This document shows positions 1 through 7,694 of a stretch of 16,062 bases of DNA, piece by piece. The stretch covers positions 1-16,062 of the forward strand of contig JBBRBK010000043.1 of NCBI GenBank assembly GCA_038205935.1, in the 5' to 3' direction. The stretch's first letter is position 1. Each line of letters starts with the position of its first letter. Under the pieces are notes generated by a model. That model saw only the letters and a program-made list of their open reading frames with translations. It made no database searches and was not told where the DNA came from. Source of the DNA: Campylobacterales bacterium (GTDB lineage Bacteria > Campylobacterota > Campylobacteria > Campylobacterales > Sulfurimonadaceae). Made by a program: the position numbers and the translations under genes.

Positions 1-318
1 TCTTATCCAGATGTCGAAGTTGTGGGAGATGCGGAGTTTGATTTTGATGGTGTCAAAGTAAAGTTTCGCCATTTTCCAGGGCATTGTCCGGGGTGTTCAA
101 CTATAGAGATAGAAGATGCGATGTTTAGCGGGGATTTTATCTTTGAGCGTTCTATCGGCAGAACTGATTTTCCCTATTCAAATCCTGATGATATGAGAAA
201 ATCTTTAGAAAAATTCAAGAAGATCGACTATGATAAAGCAATTTATCCCGGACATGGCGGCAGTACCACCATTAAAAAAGAACAGGCTATTTCAGATTAT
301 TGGATACGAACTCTATAA
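1..318 (+). CDS. MBL-fold metallo-hydrolase (glyoxalase II-like), 5'-truncated by the window edge
   Basis: Frame is open from base 1 (SYPDVEVVG...). It has the motifs PGHCPG, FSGDFIF, IGRTDFP and YPGHG typical of the C-terminal half of the YcbL/GloB-like family. Confidence 0.88.
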   Translation, partial: SYPDVEVVGDAEFDFDGVKVKFRHFPGHCPGCSTIEIEDAMFSGDFIFERSIGRTDFPYSNPDDMRKSLEKFKKIDYDKAIYPGHGGSTTIKKEQAISDYWIRTL

Positions 319-331
319 TCTGAGCGTCAAA

Positions 332-826
332 CTACTTTTTGTCATCCTCTCCAGCGCTCTCTAAAAGGTTTAACTTGAGGACATGTCTTTCAGTGATAAC
401 CGTTTTAAAAAGACCGCTAAAGACTTTAACCTCTGTGACGAAAGCTTCTACTTCGACATTTCTTTTTCTACCCTCTTTATGACGTACTTTTGCAATAATT
501 TTAACGACATCTCCAAGTTTTACCGGAGATAAAAATTGACATTCGCTTGCAACAAGAACCACATTTCGCTCATTGACAGCTGCCATAGCCGCATAATCAG
601 CCGCGCTAAATACAAATCCGCCGTGGATCAGACCCATATCATCGGCAACCATATCTTCAGTCGTTATAAGTTCTACTTCAACATAACCGAGTTCAAGTTT
701 TTGGATCTCTCCACAAAGATCTTGATTAATACTCTCATGTGTACTAAGATAAATCGTGTTGTCTTCTTGAACTTCTACATCAAGTTCTTCATCCCTAGTT
801 GCGACTATCTTTTTATTTTTTGCCAT
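332..826 (-). CDS. Hot-dog-fold PaaI/thioesterase-like protein, probable homolog of Campylobacter Cj0977
   Basis: [17 protein letters not shown] hot-dog signature and [18 protein letters not shown]. Overlaps the cmoB 3' end by 14 bp, matching the Cj0976-Cj0977 order I recall from C. jejuni. Confidence 0.82.
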   Translation of the reverse strand: MAKNKKIVATRDEELDVEVQEDNTIYLSTHESINQDLCGEIQKLELGYVEVELITTEDMVADDMGLIHGGFVFSAADYAAMAAVNERNVVLVASECQFLSPVKLGDVVKIIAKVRHKEGRKRNVEVEAFVTEVKVFSGLFKTVITERHVLKLNLLESAGEDDKK

Positions 827-1739
827 TTGTTTCCTTTATGAGCTTGACATATACCCTTCTTGGAGAAGGATATCCCTCAATCGTTTTACTACTATCGTCA
901 GGATCCAAAAAATCTTCAAGGCTTTGCCCTTCTATCCACTTAGTTTTTCGTTGTTCGTCTTTACATGTAAGGGAAGTTTCCAATACTTCAAAGCTTGCAA
1001 AGCCCGCTCTCATACACCAATTTTTAAGCGCGGGAATTGTCGGCACAAAGTAGATATTTGGGATTTTAGAATAACTTCCTTTTGGAGATAAAGCTATCTC
1101 TTCCTCTCCCTCGATATAAAAAGTATCTAAGATTACTTCACCCTTGTCTTCGAGTCCTTTATATAACTCTTTAAGCATAGAAACAGGATCACTTCTGTGG
1201 TACAAAACACCCAAACAAAAGATAAGATCAAACTTCTCTTCATAATATGGAAGATGCTCAACACCTAAAAGCTCATACACAATCTCTGTTTTTGCGAAGT
1301 GATTGATAAAATCAAACTGTGTTTTATATAAGGAAGAAGGATCAAAACCGACTAGCTTTTTAGGAGCATCTTCTTGCATACGAAAAAGGTAATATCCGTT
1401 ATTACATCCTATATCTGCGACCTTTTTATCTTTAAGATTAAAATGTGGACGTAAAAGGTTGTATTTGATATTACTCTTCCACTCAGTATCTATAAAAAGA
1501 CCAAAAAGATCAAATGGCCCTTTTCTCCACGGCATCATCATCCGCGCTGTTTTTTCTATGAGATCTACATCCACTTCATCTTTACCTGCGAAGTGCCCTT
1601 TGGGTGCAAGCGCAACAACGTCGCCCAACTCTACTTTTGTATCAATATTTGGCAGTTTTTCTATGGCATCTTTAAGTGGAGCAATATTCTTCCACGTCAT
1701 CCATTTTTGCCGTTCTTCTCGTATCTCTTGTAAATTCAT
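813..1739 (-). CDS. cmoB: tRNA U34 carboxymethyltransferase (cmo5U synthase) CmoB
   Basis: [17 protein letters not shown] motif [34 protein letters not shown] and the C-terminal TIEGYPSP are CmoB hallmarks. Confidence 0.96.
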   Translation of the reverse strand: MNLQEIREERQKWMTWKNIAPLKDAIEKLPNIDTKVELGDVVALAPKGHFAGKDEVDVDLIEKTARMMMPWRKGPFDLFGLFIDTEWKSNIKYNLLRPHFNLKDKKVADIGCNNGYYLFRMQEDAPKKLVGFDPSSLYKTQFDFINHFAKTEIVYELLGVEHLPYYEEKFDLIFCLGVLYHRSDPVSMLKELYKGLEDKGEVILDTFYIEGEEEIALSPKGSYSKIPNIYFVPTIPALKNWCMRAGFASFEVLETSLTCKDEQRKTKWIEGQSLEDFLDPDDSSKTIEGYPSPRRVYVKLIKETNGKK

Positions 1740-1745
1740 AGCGTA

Positions 1746-1754
1746 ATTGTAACA
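1746..1754 (-). promoter_or_regulatory. Extended -10 sigma70 promoter (TGTTACAAT) for cmoB
   Basis: Minus strand reads TGTTACAAT-TACGCT-ATG, matching TGnTAnAAT. Confidence 0.6.
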
Positions 1755-1761
1755 ACATCTT

Positions 1762-1770
1762 TGTTATAAT
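1762..1770 (+). promoter_or_regulatory. Extended -10 sigma70 promoter (TGTTATAAT) for the CDF transporter gene
   Basis: Perfect TGnTATAAT ending 23 bp before the ATG at 1794, followed by an AGGAAG RBS. Confidence 0.72.
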
Positions 1771-1793
1771 CACGACAAAAAAATAGGAAGATT

Positions 1794-2687
1794 ATGAAAA
1801 TAGAACAAAAAGCAACTGTTGCCTCTATGTCTGTAGCGACAATGCTCGTCATTGTAAAGATGACCATCGGCGTTATGAGCGGTTCAGTCGCAGTTTTAGC
1901 ATCTGCGATAGACTCACTTTTAGATCTTTGTGTGTCGGCTTTTAACTTTTTTGCACTTGGTCATTCGCAAAAAGAACCTGATGAGAAGTTTAACTATGGC
2001 AGATCAAAGCTTGAGCCTCTAGCTGCGGTAATCGAGGGTACTATCATCGCCATCTCTGCTCTTTTTGTCTTATATGAAGCGGTTCAAAAGATCATCCATG
2101 CATCCCCGACACAGCATCTTGAAGAATCGATCTCAGTCATGCTCTTCTCTATGGTAGTTACTGGTGGTTTGGTATTCTTTTTAGGTTACGTCGCTAAAAA
2201 AACAAACAATATGGTTATTCGCGCCGATTCTCTTCATTACAAAACAGACCTCTTTTCAAATGGTGCAGTTTTGCTCGCTCTTGGGCTAATCTCAATGACA
2301 GGTATCGAGATTATCGACCCAATTTTGGGTATTGTGATTGCGGTTTATATGTTTTACTCTGCGATTCCTATTACCAAAGAGGGAGTGCTTATGCTTTTAG
2401 ATGCCTCTATGTCACAAGAAGAGGTGGAAAAAATAAAAGATCTTTTAGATCATGAAAAAGATATTACGGCTTATCATTTTCTCAATACAAGATGTGCGGG
2501 TTCACATGTTTATATCTCTGTGCATCTCGTGTTTAATGTGACAGTCACGCTTTATGATGCACATGTTGTCGGAGATAAGATAGAGTTAAAGTTCAAAAAA
2601 CTCTTTCCAGAGTACAAAGTTCATACAATGATGCATCTCGATCCTTATGATGATTCACAAATCAATGAAGATGAAGATCAATATTAA
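1794..2687 (+). CDS. Cation diffusion facilitator (FieF/YiiP-like) metal efflux transporter
   Basis: GSVAVLASAIDSLLD (TM2 D..D), PDEKFNYGRSKLE, ADSLHYKTD (TM5 H..D), about six hydrophobic helices, and a C-terminal domain ending in HLDP. Confidence 0.93.
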   Translation: MKIEQKATVASMSVATMLVIVKMTIGVMSGSVAVLASAIDSLLDLCVSAFNFFALGHSQKEPDEKFNYGRSKLEPLAAVIEGTIIAISALFVLYEAVQKIIHASPTQHLEESISVMLFSMVVTGGLVFFLGYVAKKTNNMVIRADSLHYKTDLFSNGAVLLALGLISMTGIEIIDPILGIVIAVYMFYSAIPITKEGVLMLLDASMSQEEVEKIKDLLDHEKDITAYHFLNTRCAGSHVYISVHLVFNVTVTLYDAHVVGDKIELKFKKLFPEYKVHTMMHLDPYDDSQINEDEDQY

Positions 2688-2708
2688 ACCAAATAAAAAG
2701 GAAAAAAC

Positions 2709-3290
2709 ATGAAAATACTTAATGTTGTTGCCGTTTTGGCTTTAGCTGGCGCTCTTGCTTACGCAGATGCTCCAAAAACAGAGGATACAAACCTTGCATC
2801 TGTTGTAAACTCGGGAAAAATGGCTACAAAAACCTTGCTTGAAACACTGCAAACAAATATGCAGCAGCACATGAAAAAAGGCGGGGTTATGGACGCTTTG
2901 AATTTTTGTTCTACTGAGGCGTATGCACTTACAGACAAAGTAAACAGCGAACTTCCAAAAGGTGTCTCAACAAAGCGTGTAAGTATCAAATACCGCAATC
3001 CAGCCAATGAACCTCAAGCTGATGAGCTAAAAGTTTTGAACTCTTTCGCAGAGATGGAAGTTGCAAAAAAGGTTTTACCTGAGTACGTTGTAGAAAAAGT
3101 GGATGAGCATACATATAAGTTTTACAAACCGCTTACTATCAACAATCAAGTCTGTTTAAAATGTCATGGAGATATTTCAGGAGATAAAGTCTTAGAAAAG
3201 GCGATCAATGAAAGATATCCAACCGATAAAGCTGTAAACTACAAAATGAATGATCTGCGTGGAGCTGTAGTCGTAACAATCAAAAAATAA
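2709..3290 (+). CDS. Periplasmic mono-heme c-type cytochrome, DUF3365/Tll0287-like
   Basis: Signal peptide (ALAYA-DA), RVSIKYRNPANEP, single heme motif CLKCHG, YPTDKAVNYKMNDLRGA. Confidence 0.85.
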   Translation: MKILNVVAVLALAGALAYADAPKTEDTNLASVVNSGKMATKTLLETLQTNMQQHMKKGGVMDALNFCSTEAYALTDKVNSELPKGVSTKRVSIKYRNPANEPQADELKVLNSFAEMEVAKKVLPEYVVEKVDEHTYKFYKPLTINNQVCLKCHGDISGDKVLEKAINERYPTDKAVNYKMNDLRGAVVVTIKK

Positions 3291-3295
3291 ACACT

Positions 3296-3325
3296 CTTTA
3301 CATGTAAATACACTTACATGTAAAG
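3296..3325. terminator. Hairpin of two TTACATGTAA copies between convergent genes; candidate bidirectional terminator
   Basis: CTTTACATGTAA (3296-3307), loop ATACAC, TTACATGTAAAG (3314-3325): a perfect 12-bp inverted repeat in the 42-bp gap between two stop codons. Confidence 0.6.
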
Positions 3326-3332
3326 CTTCCCT

Positions 3333-4139
3333 CTAAGCCTGAACTCTTTTTATAAGAGCGTTTACGCTCTCACTTTTTTGCTGTAAAGCAGACGACAATG
3401 TAGATTTTAAACCATTCATACTATTCAAAAGATTTTTTAGTTTGAGAGCTACCTGCCCTGCATTATATTCACTATCAATAAGATAAACAAGTAAAAACTT
3501 CGATGGTGCCCAACGTACAAGCATATCATCTTGACGAATACTGATTTTAAACTTCTTAACAAACTCTCCAAGAGCTTCGCTATCATGAGAAAAATCGGGA
3601 TTAGTATCTTCATCGACACTTATAAGATTCATACCAATCATCTTTTCATTAAACACAGCAGCATCTTCGAAATTTTTAGCAATCTGTAAAAAATACTTTT
3701 TATCGTAAGCACCACTTTTTTTATCAATATTAACATTATTTTCAATCATAATACGTTTGATAAGGTCTCGCGTAATATCAACAAATGTGACTATTTTATA
3801 GTCTTGAACACTACTGTCTATCTTTACAGAAAAAGCACAGGGCTCGTAAGTTTGTGTCAGTATACTGACAATGCGGTCTATCTCTTCAAGCTTACCAATG
3901 GCATCAAACCAGTTTTCATCCTCTAGCACTTTTTCCTTATGAAAATAAGAAGGATGGGGAACAAAATTATCCACGACAGGTCCAAAATTACTGTTATACT
4001 CTTCAAAAGTACGAACACCAAAAAATTTATTAAAAGCTTTATTTGTCGCAATATGGTTTTGTTGATGGAAAATGACGACCAAATCCTTTTGGGAGTCTAT
4101 AACGGCCTGAATCAGGGGTAAACAAATCGTATCTAGCAT
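3333..4139 (-). CDS. PAS-like domain plus degenerate GGDEF-domain protein
   Basis: N-terminal VIDSQKDLVVIF...NKAFNKFFG...VTFVDIT is PAS-like. IDKKSGAYDKKYF resembles DxLTGLxNRRxF. IRQDDMLVRWAPSKFLLV resembles RxxD.....GGDEF. AAGGA RBS at 4149-4153. Confidence 0.72.
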   Translation of the reverse strand: MLDTICLPLIQAVIDSQKDLVVIFHQQNHIATNKAFNKFFGVRTFEEYNSNFGPVVDNFVPHPSYFHKEKVLEDENWFDAIGKLEEIDRIVSILTQTYEPCAFSVKIDSSVQDYKIVTFVDITRDLIKRIMIENNVNIDKKSGAYDKKYFLQIAKNFEDAAVFNEKMIGMNLISVDEDTNPDFSHDSEALGEFVKKFKISIRQDDMLVRWAPSKFLLVYLIDSEYNAGQVALKLKNLLNSMNGLKSTLSSALQQKSESVNALIKRVQA

Positions 4140-4186
4140 TTTTTGTAATCCTTATCTATTGTTTTATTATTAAAAAAGACCTGTTT

Positions 4187-4195
4187 ATTGTACCA
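4187..4195 (-). promoter_or_regulatory. Extended -10 promoter (TGGTACAAT) for the PAS/GGDEF-like gene
   Basis: Minus-strand TGnTACAAT about 48 bp upstream of the start at 4139. Confidence 0.55.
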
Positions 4196-4206
4196 TAACT
4201 ACAACC

Positions 4207-4215
4207 TGATATAAT
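4207..4215 (+). promoter_or_regulatory. Extended -10 promoter (TGATATAAT) for the ABC-F gene
   Basis: Perfect TGnTATAAT ending 30 bp before the ATG at 4246. Confidence 0.72.
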
Positions 4216-4245
4216 ACGAAAACTATATTACATGTAAAGAATCCT

Positions 4246-6081
4246 ATGATACAACTTAACAATCTTTCTAAAAGTTTTACAACCCAAGAGCTTTTTTCAA
4301 ATCTCAACTTTAAACTCGGCTCTGGCGATAAAGTAGGCTTAGTTGGTAGAAATGGAAGTGGAAAATCAACACTTTTTAAACTCATCCTTGGCGAAGAGTC
4401 TGCAGATACCGGAGAAATAATCATTCCAAGAGGATATAAAATAGGTACGCTCAAACAGTATCTCTCATTTTCCGAACCTACGCTTCGTGAAGAATCGGCA
4501 CTCGCACTTGCTGAAGATGATAAATTTAGTATCTATAAAGTGGAAAAGATTCTCTTTGGTCTTGGTTTTTCTCAAGAGGATTTAGAAAAAGATCCTCTCT
4601 CTTTCTCAGGTGGATACCAAATACGCATCAATCTTGCAAAACTACTTTTGACTGAGCCAAATCTTTTGCTTCTTGATGAGCCGACAAACTACCTCGATAT
4701 CGTCTCACTTCGCTGGCTCAAAGCTTTTTTGAAAAACTTTGAGGGCGAGATCATTCTCATCACTCACGATCGCGATTTTATGGATACTATAACAACTCAT
4801 ACGATGGGGCTTATCAGAAGAACTCTGCAAATAGTCACAGGTGATACTTATAAGTTCTACGCCCAACTTAGTGCAAATGAAGAGCTCTACGAAAAGCAAA
4901 AGATCAATCAAGATAAAAAGGTCAAAGAGCTTGAAGATTTCATCGCACGAAACAAGGCAAGAGCTTCTACAGCAGCGCTTGCACAGTCAAAAGTCAAACA
5001 GCTTGAAAAGATGGATCTTCTTGATGATCTTGGATATGATCCAACTCTAAAATTTGATTTTAATTATAAAGACACACCTGCAAAAGTTTTACTTGAAGTT
5101 AAAAATCTTACTTTCGGATATACGCCCGAAAATATCTTGTTTAAAAATATCTCTTTTGTATTAGAAAAGGGAAAATGTCTTGGGATTATCGGTAAAAATG
5201 GAAAAGGAAAATCTACCCTTTTAAATGTCATCGCAAATGAACTTAAACCTCTTGGTGGAGAAGTTGTTTATCACACTTCAACAGCTTCAGCACATTTTGG
5301 TCAGACAAATATCAGCCGACTCAGCCCAAATAACACAGTTATGGATGAGATCTATTCGGCAAATTCCAAACTTGGAGAATCCGTCGTACGAAATATCTGC
5401 GGCGGTATGATGTTTAGCGGAGAAAGTGCAAAAAAGAAAATCTCTCTACTCTCAGGTGGTGAAAAAAGCCGTGTTATGCTCGGACAAATTTTAGCGCGTG
5501 ATTTGAACCTACTCTTTTTAGATGAACCAACAAACCACCTTGATATGGACTCTATAGAAGCACTGACAAAGGCTGTCAATAACTTTGAGGGCTCAGTCAT
5601 CCTTGTCACTCACTCCGAAGAGCTTTTACGTCGTGTATGTGACGCACTCGTCATCTTTACAAATGATGGCGCTGAATATTTTGATGGCGGATATGATCTC
5701 TTTTTAGAAAAAATAGGCTGGCAAGAAGAGGAACTAGAGGAAAAGCAAAAACCCGCTCCAAAAATTAATAAAGCAGAAAATAAAAAACTACGTGCAACCC
5801 TCGTTCAAGAACGAAGCCAAAAATCTGCACCTTTGAAAAAAGAGGTGGAGAGTTTAGAGAAGTTTATTATCAAAACAGAAGAGGAACTAAAAAGCCATCA
5901 TGAAACACTTATTAAGGCTTCAAATGCCTCTGATAATTCTAAAATCATGGAAATATCGCAGCTCATAGGCAAACTTGAAAATGAGATTGAAGTAAAGTTT
6001 GAGAGGATGGAAACTGTTCAAAATGAACTTGATTATCTACTTGAAGAATATGAAAATAAAATAAACGAGTTGATGGAATAA
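4246..6081 (+). CDS. ABC-F family ATP-binding protein (ribosome-associated, YheS/Uup-like)
   Basis: Two ABC cassettes (GRNGSGKST...FSGG...LLLLDEPTN...ITHDR; GKNGKGKST...LSGGE...LFLDEPTNHLD), an interdomain linker, no TM segments, and a C-terminal coiled coil. Confidence 0.95.
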   Translation: MIQLNNLSKSFTTQELFSNLNFKLGSGDKVGLVGRNGSGKSTLFKLILGEESADTGEIIIPRGYKIGTLKQYLSFSEPTLREESALALAEDDKFSIYKVEKILFGLGFSQEDLEKDPLSFSGGYQIRINLAKLLLTEPNLLLLDEPTNYLDIVSLRWLKAFLKNFEGEIILITHDRDFMDTITTHTMGLIRRTLQIVTGDTYKFYAQLSANEELYEKQKINQDKKVKELEDFIARNKARASTAALAQSKVKQLEKMDLLDDLGYDPTLKFDFNYKDTPAKVLLEVKNLTFGYTPENILFKNISFVLEKGKCLGIIGKNGKGKSTLLNVIANELKPLGGEVVYHTSTASAHFGQTNISRLSPNNTVMDEIYSANSKLGESVVRNICGGMMFSGESAKKKISLLSGGEKSRVMLGQILARDLNLLFLDEPTNHLDMDSIEALTKAVNNFEGSVILVTHSEELLRRVCDALVIFTNDGAEYFDGGYDLFLEKIGWQEEELEEKQKPAPKINKAENKKLRATLVQERSQKSAPLKKEVESLEKFIIKTEEELKSHHETLIKASNASDNSKIMEISQLIGKLENEIEVKFERMETVQNELDYLLEEYENKINELME

Positions 6082-6091
6082 TATAAAACAC

Positions 6092-6127
6092 TTCTTACAT
6101 GTAAGCAAAATGGCTTACATGTAAGAA
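6092..6127. terminator. Hairpin of two TTACATGTAA copies between convergent ABC-F and rny; candidate bidirectional terminator
   Basis: TTCTTACATGTAAGC (6092-6106), loop AAAATG, GCTTACATGTAAGAA (6113-6127): a perfect 15-bp inverted repeat filling most of the 47-bp gap. Confidence 0.65.
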
Positions 6128-6128
6128 C

Positions 6129-7694
6129 TTATCTTGCGTAAACTGTTGTTCTCATCTCACGTATGACATTGACTTTTATCTCGCCTGGATATTGGACTTT
6201 TTCCTCTATCTCTTTGGCTATCTCTTTAGCTATAAGCACCGCTTCATCATCATTGATAAGCGTTGCATTGACGATAACGCGAAGTTCACGTCCTGCATTT
6301 ATGGCGTAACACTGTTTGACACCATTATGTTTTATAGCAATCTCTTCAACTTGACTTACACGTTTTAGAAAACTCTCTAAGACTTCACGTCTAGCACCTG
6401 GACGAGCAGCTGAAAGTGCATCTGCAGCACACACGGCGCCACACTCGATACTTTTGATCTCTTCTTGTCCATGATGCGCATAGATCGCATTGATAACAAC
6501 TTCACTTTCGTTATATCTTGTACAAACTTCGACACCAAGATCAACATGGTTTCCATCAAGATCATGCGTCAATGATTTGCCTATATCATGAAGCAAACCA
6601 GCACGTTTTGCTAAAATAGGATCTCCGCCCATTTCAGACGCCATAATTCCTGCTAAATGCGCTACTTCAAGTGTATGAGCAAGTGCATTTTGTCCATAAC
6701 TTGCACGATATCGCAAGCGCCCGATAAGCTTCATAAGCTCAGGGTTCATAGGAGGAATTCCCATTTTTGCTACGATATCTTCGCCCTCTTGAAGGATTTT
6801 ATCTTCAAATTCATCACACACTTTTTGATGTATCTCTTCAATACGTGCAGGCTGAATACGTCCATCTTCAACAAGAAGTTCTATCGTTTTCGTCGCTATT
6901 GCTCTGCGATAAAGATTAAAACTACTCACAACAATGGTATTTGGAGTGTCATCGATGATGATATCCACGCCTAAAACCATCTCTAGTGCCTTGATATTTC
7001 TACCTTCACGCCCAATAATACGCCCTTTAAGCTCATCACTTTCAAGATAGATATTGTTCACAAGTCTCTCACTAGCAAACTCTCCGGCAAAGCGTGTTGT
7101 TGCTTGCGCTAAGATAAAATTCGCTTTTTTTTGTCCCTCAGCTTTTGCTTCATTTTCATATTTACGAACTATATGCGATATCTCTGCGCGGGAACTCTCT
7201 TCAACTTTTTGAAGCATCATTTTTTTTGCTTCTTCGCGTGTCATTCCCGCAGCACCTTCTAAAACACGAATTACATCATCAATACGTGATTCGTAATCAT
7301 GTTTAAGCAGTTGTAGCGCTTTTTCATTTCTTTTTAGTTTCAATCTTTCGCTTGAAAGCGACAAATTCTCATTTTTTAGTTTGTGATCTTCGCTCTCTTT
7401 ATAGCGATTAAACTCACTCTCTTTTCTTTGAAGTTCATCAGTACGCTCTTGCATGTCCCGCTTTACGCGATCTTGTACACTTTCATACTCTTTTCTTGCC
7501 TCAAGCTCTATCTCTTGAGATTTTAGATTTGCTCTATGTAAAAGCAGCTCAGCTTCGCTTTCTATAGCTTTTGCTTTTGCTTTTGCCTGTTCTACATAAA
7601 TATCAAAGTTAGCATTTGAAACTTTTCTAGAAATGAAAAAACCTACTACCCCGCTCACTATGGCTGTAAAAGCCCCTAATAGTATGGTTAGCAT
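6129..7694 (-). CDS. rny: Ribonuclease Y
   Basis: N-terminal TM anchor, coiled coil, KH domain (KGRIIGREGRNI), HD domain (SYGQNALAH...GLLHDIGK...AADALSAARPGAR), C-terminal YPGEIKVNVIRE. Confidence 0.98.
   Translation of the reverse strand: MLTILLGAFTAIVSGVVGFFISRKVSNANFDIYVEQAKAKAKAIESEAELLLHRANLKSQEIELEARKEYESVQDRVKRDMQERTDELQRKESEFNRYKESEDHKLKNENLSLSSERLKLKRNEKALQLLKHDYESRIDDVIRVLEGAAGMTREEAKKMMLQKVEESSRAEISHIVRKYENEAKAEGQKKANFILAQATTRFAGEFASERLVNNIYLESDELKGRIIGREGRNIKALEMVLGVDIIIDDTPNTIVVSSFNLYRRAIATKTIELLVEDGRIQPARIEEIHQKVCDEFEDKILQEGEDIVAKMGIPPMNPELMKLIGRLRYRASYGQNALAHTLEVAHLAGIMASEMGGDPILAKRAGLLHDIGKSLTHDLDGNHVDLGVEVCTRYNESEVVINAIYAHHGQEEIKSIECGAVCAADALSAARPGARREVLESFLKRVSQVEEIAIKHNGVKQCYAINAGRELRVIVNATLINDDEAVLIAKEIAKEIEEKVQYPGEIKVNVIREMRTTVYAR

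Noticed and set aside
536..1746. Plus-strand ORFs 536-841, 799-1053 and 1459-1746
   Set aside because: Antisense shadows of the hot-dog gene and cmoB, with no RBS or recognisable motifs.
381..2566. Additional ACATGT hexamers (381 and two in the CDF gene near 2504 and 2561)
   Set aside because: They lack the flanking T and A of the 8-mer and are compatible with chance, so they were not counted.
4246..6081. ABC-F as an antibiotic-resistance (ARE) factor
   Set aside because: Core-genome context, a very short leader with no attenuator peptide, and no feature that lets me assign it to an ARE subfamily.
3296..6127. TTACATGTAA pairs as CRISPR repeats or IS/MITE ends
   Set aside because: Only two short units per site with 6-nt loops; no spacers, cas genes, transposase or target-site duplications.
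2759..6974. Short alternative ORFs (2759-3007, 3939-4121, 4185-4454, 4705-4911, 4841-5050, 5225-5410, 5352-5609, 6377-6565, 6657-6974)
   Set aside because: All overlap well-supported genes in another frame or strand and lack independent evidence.
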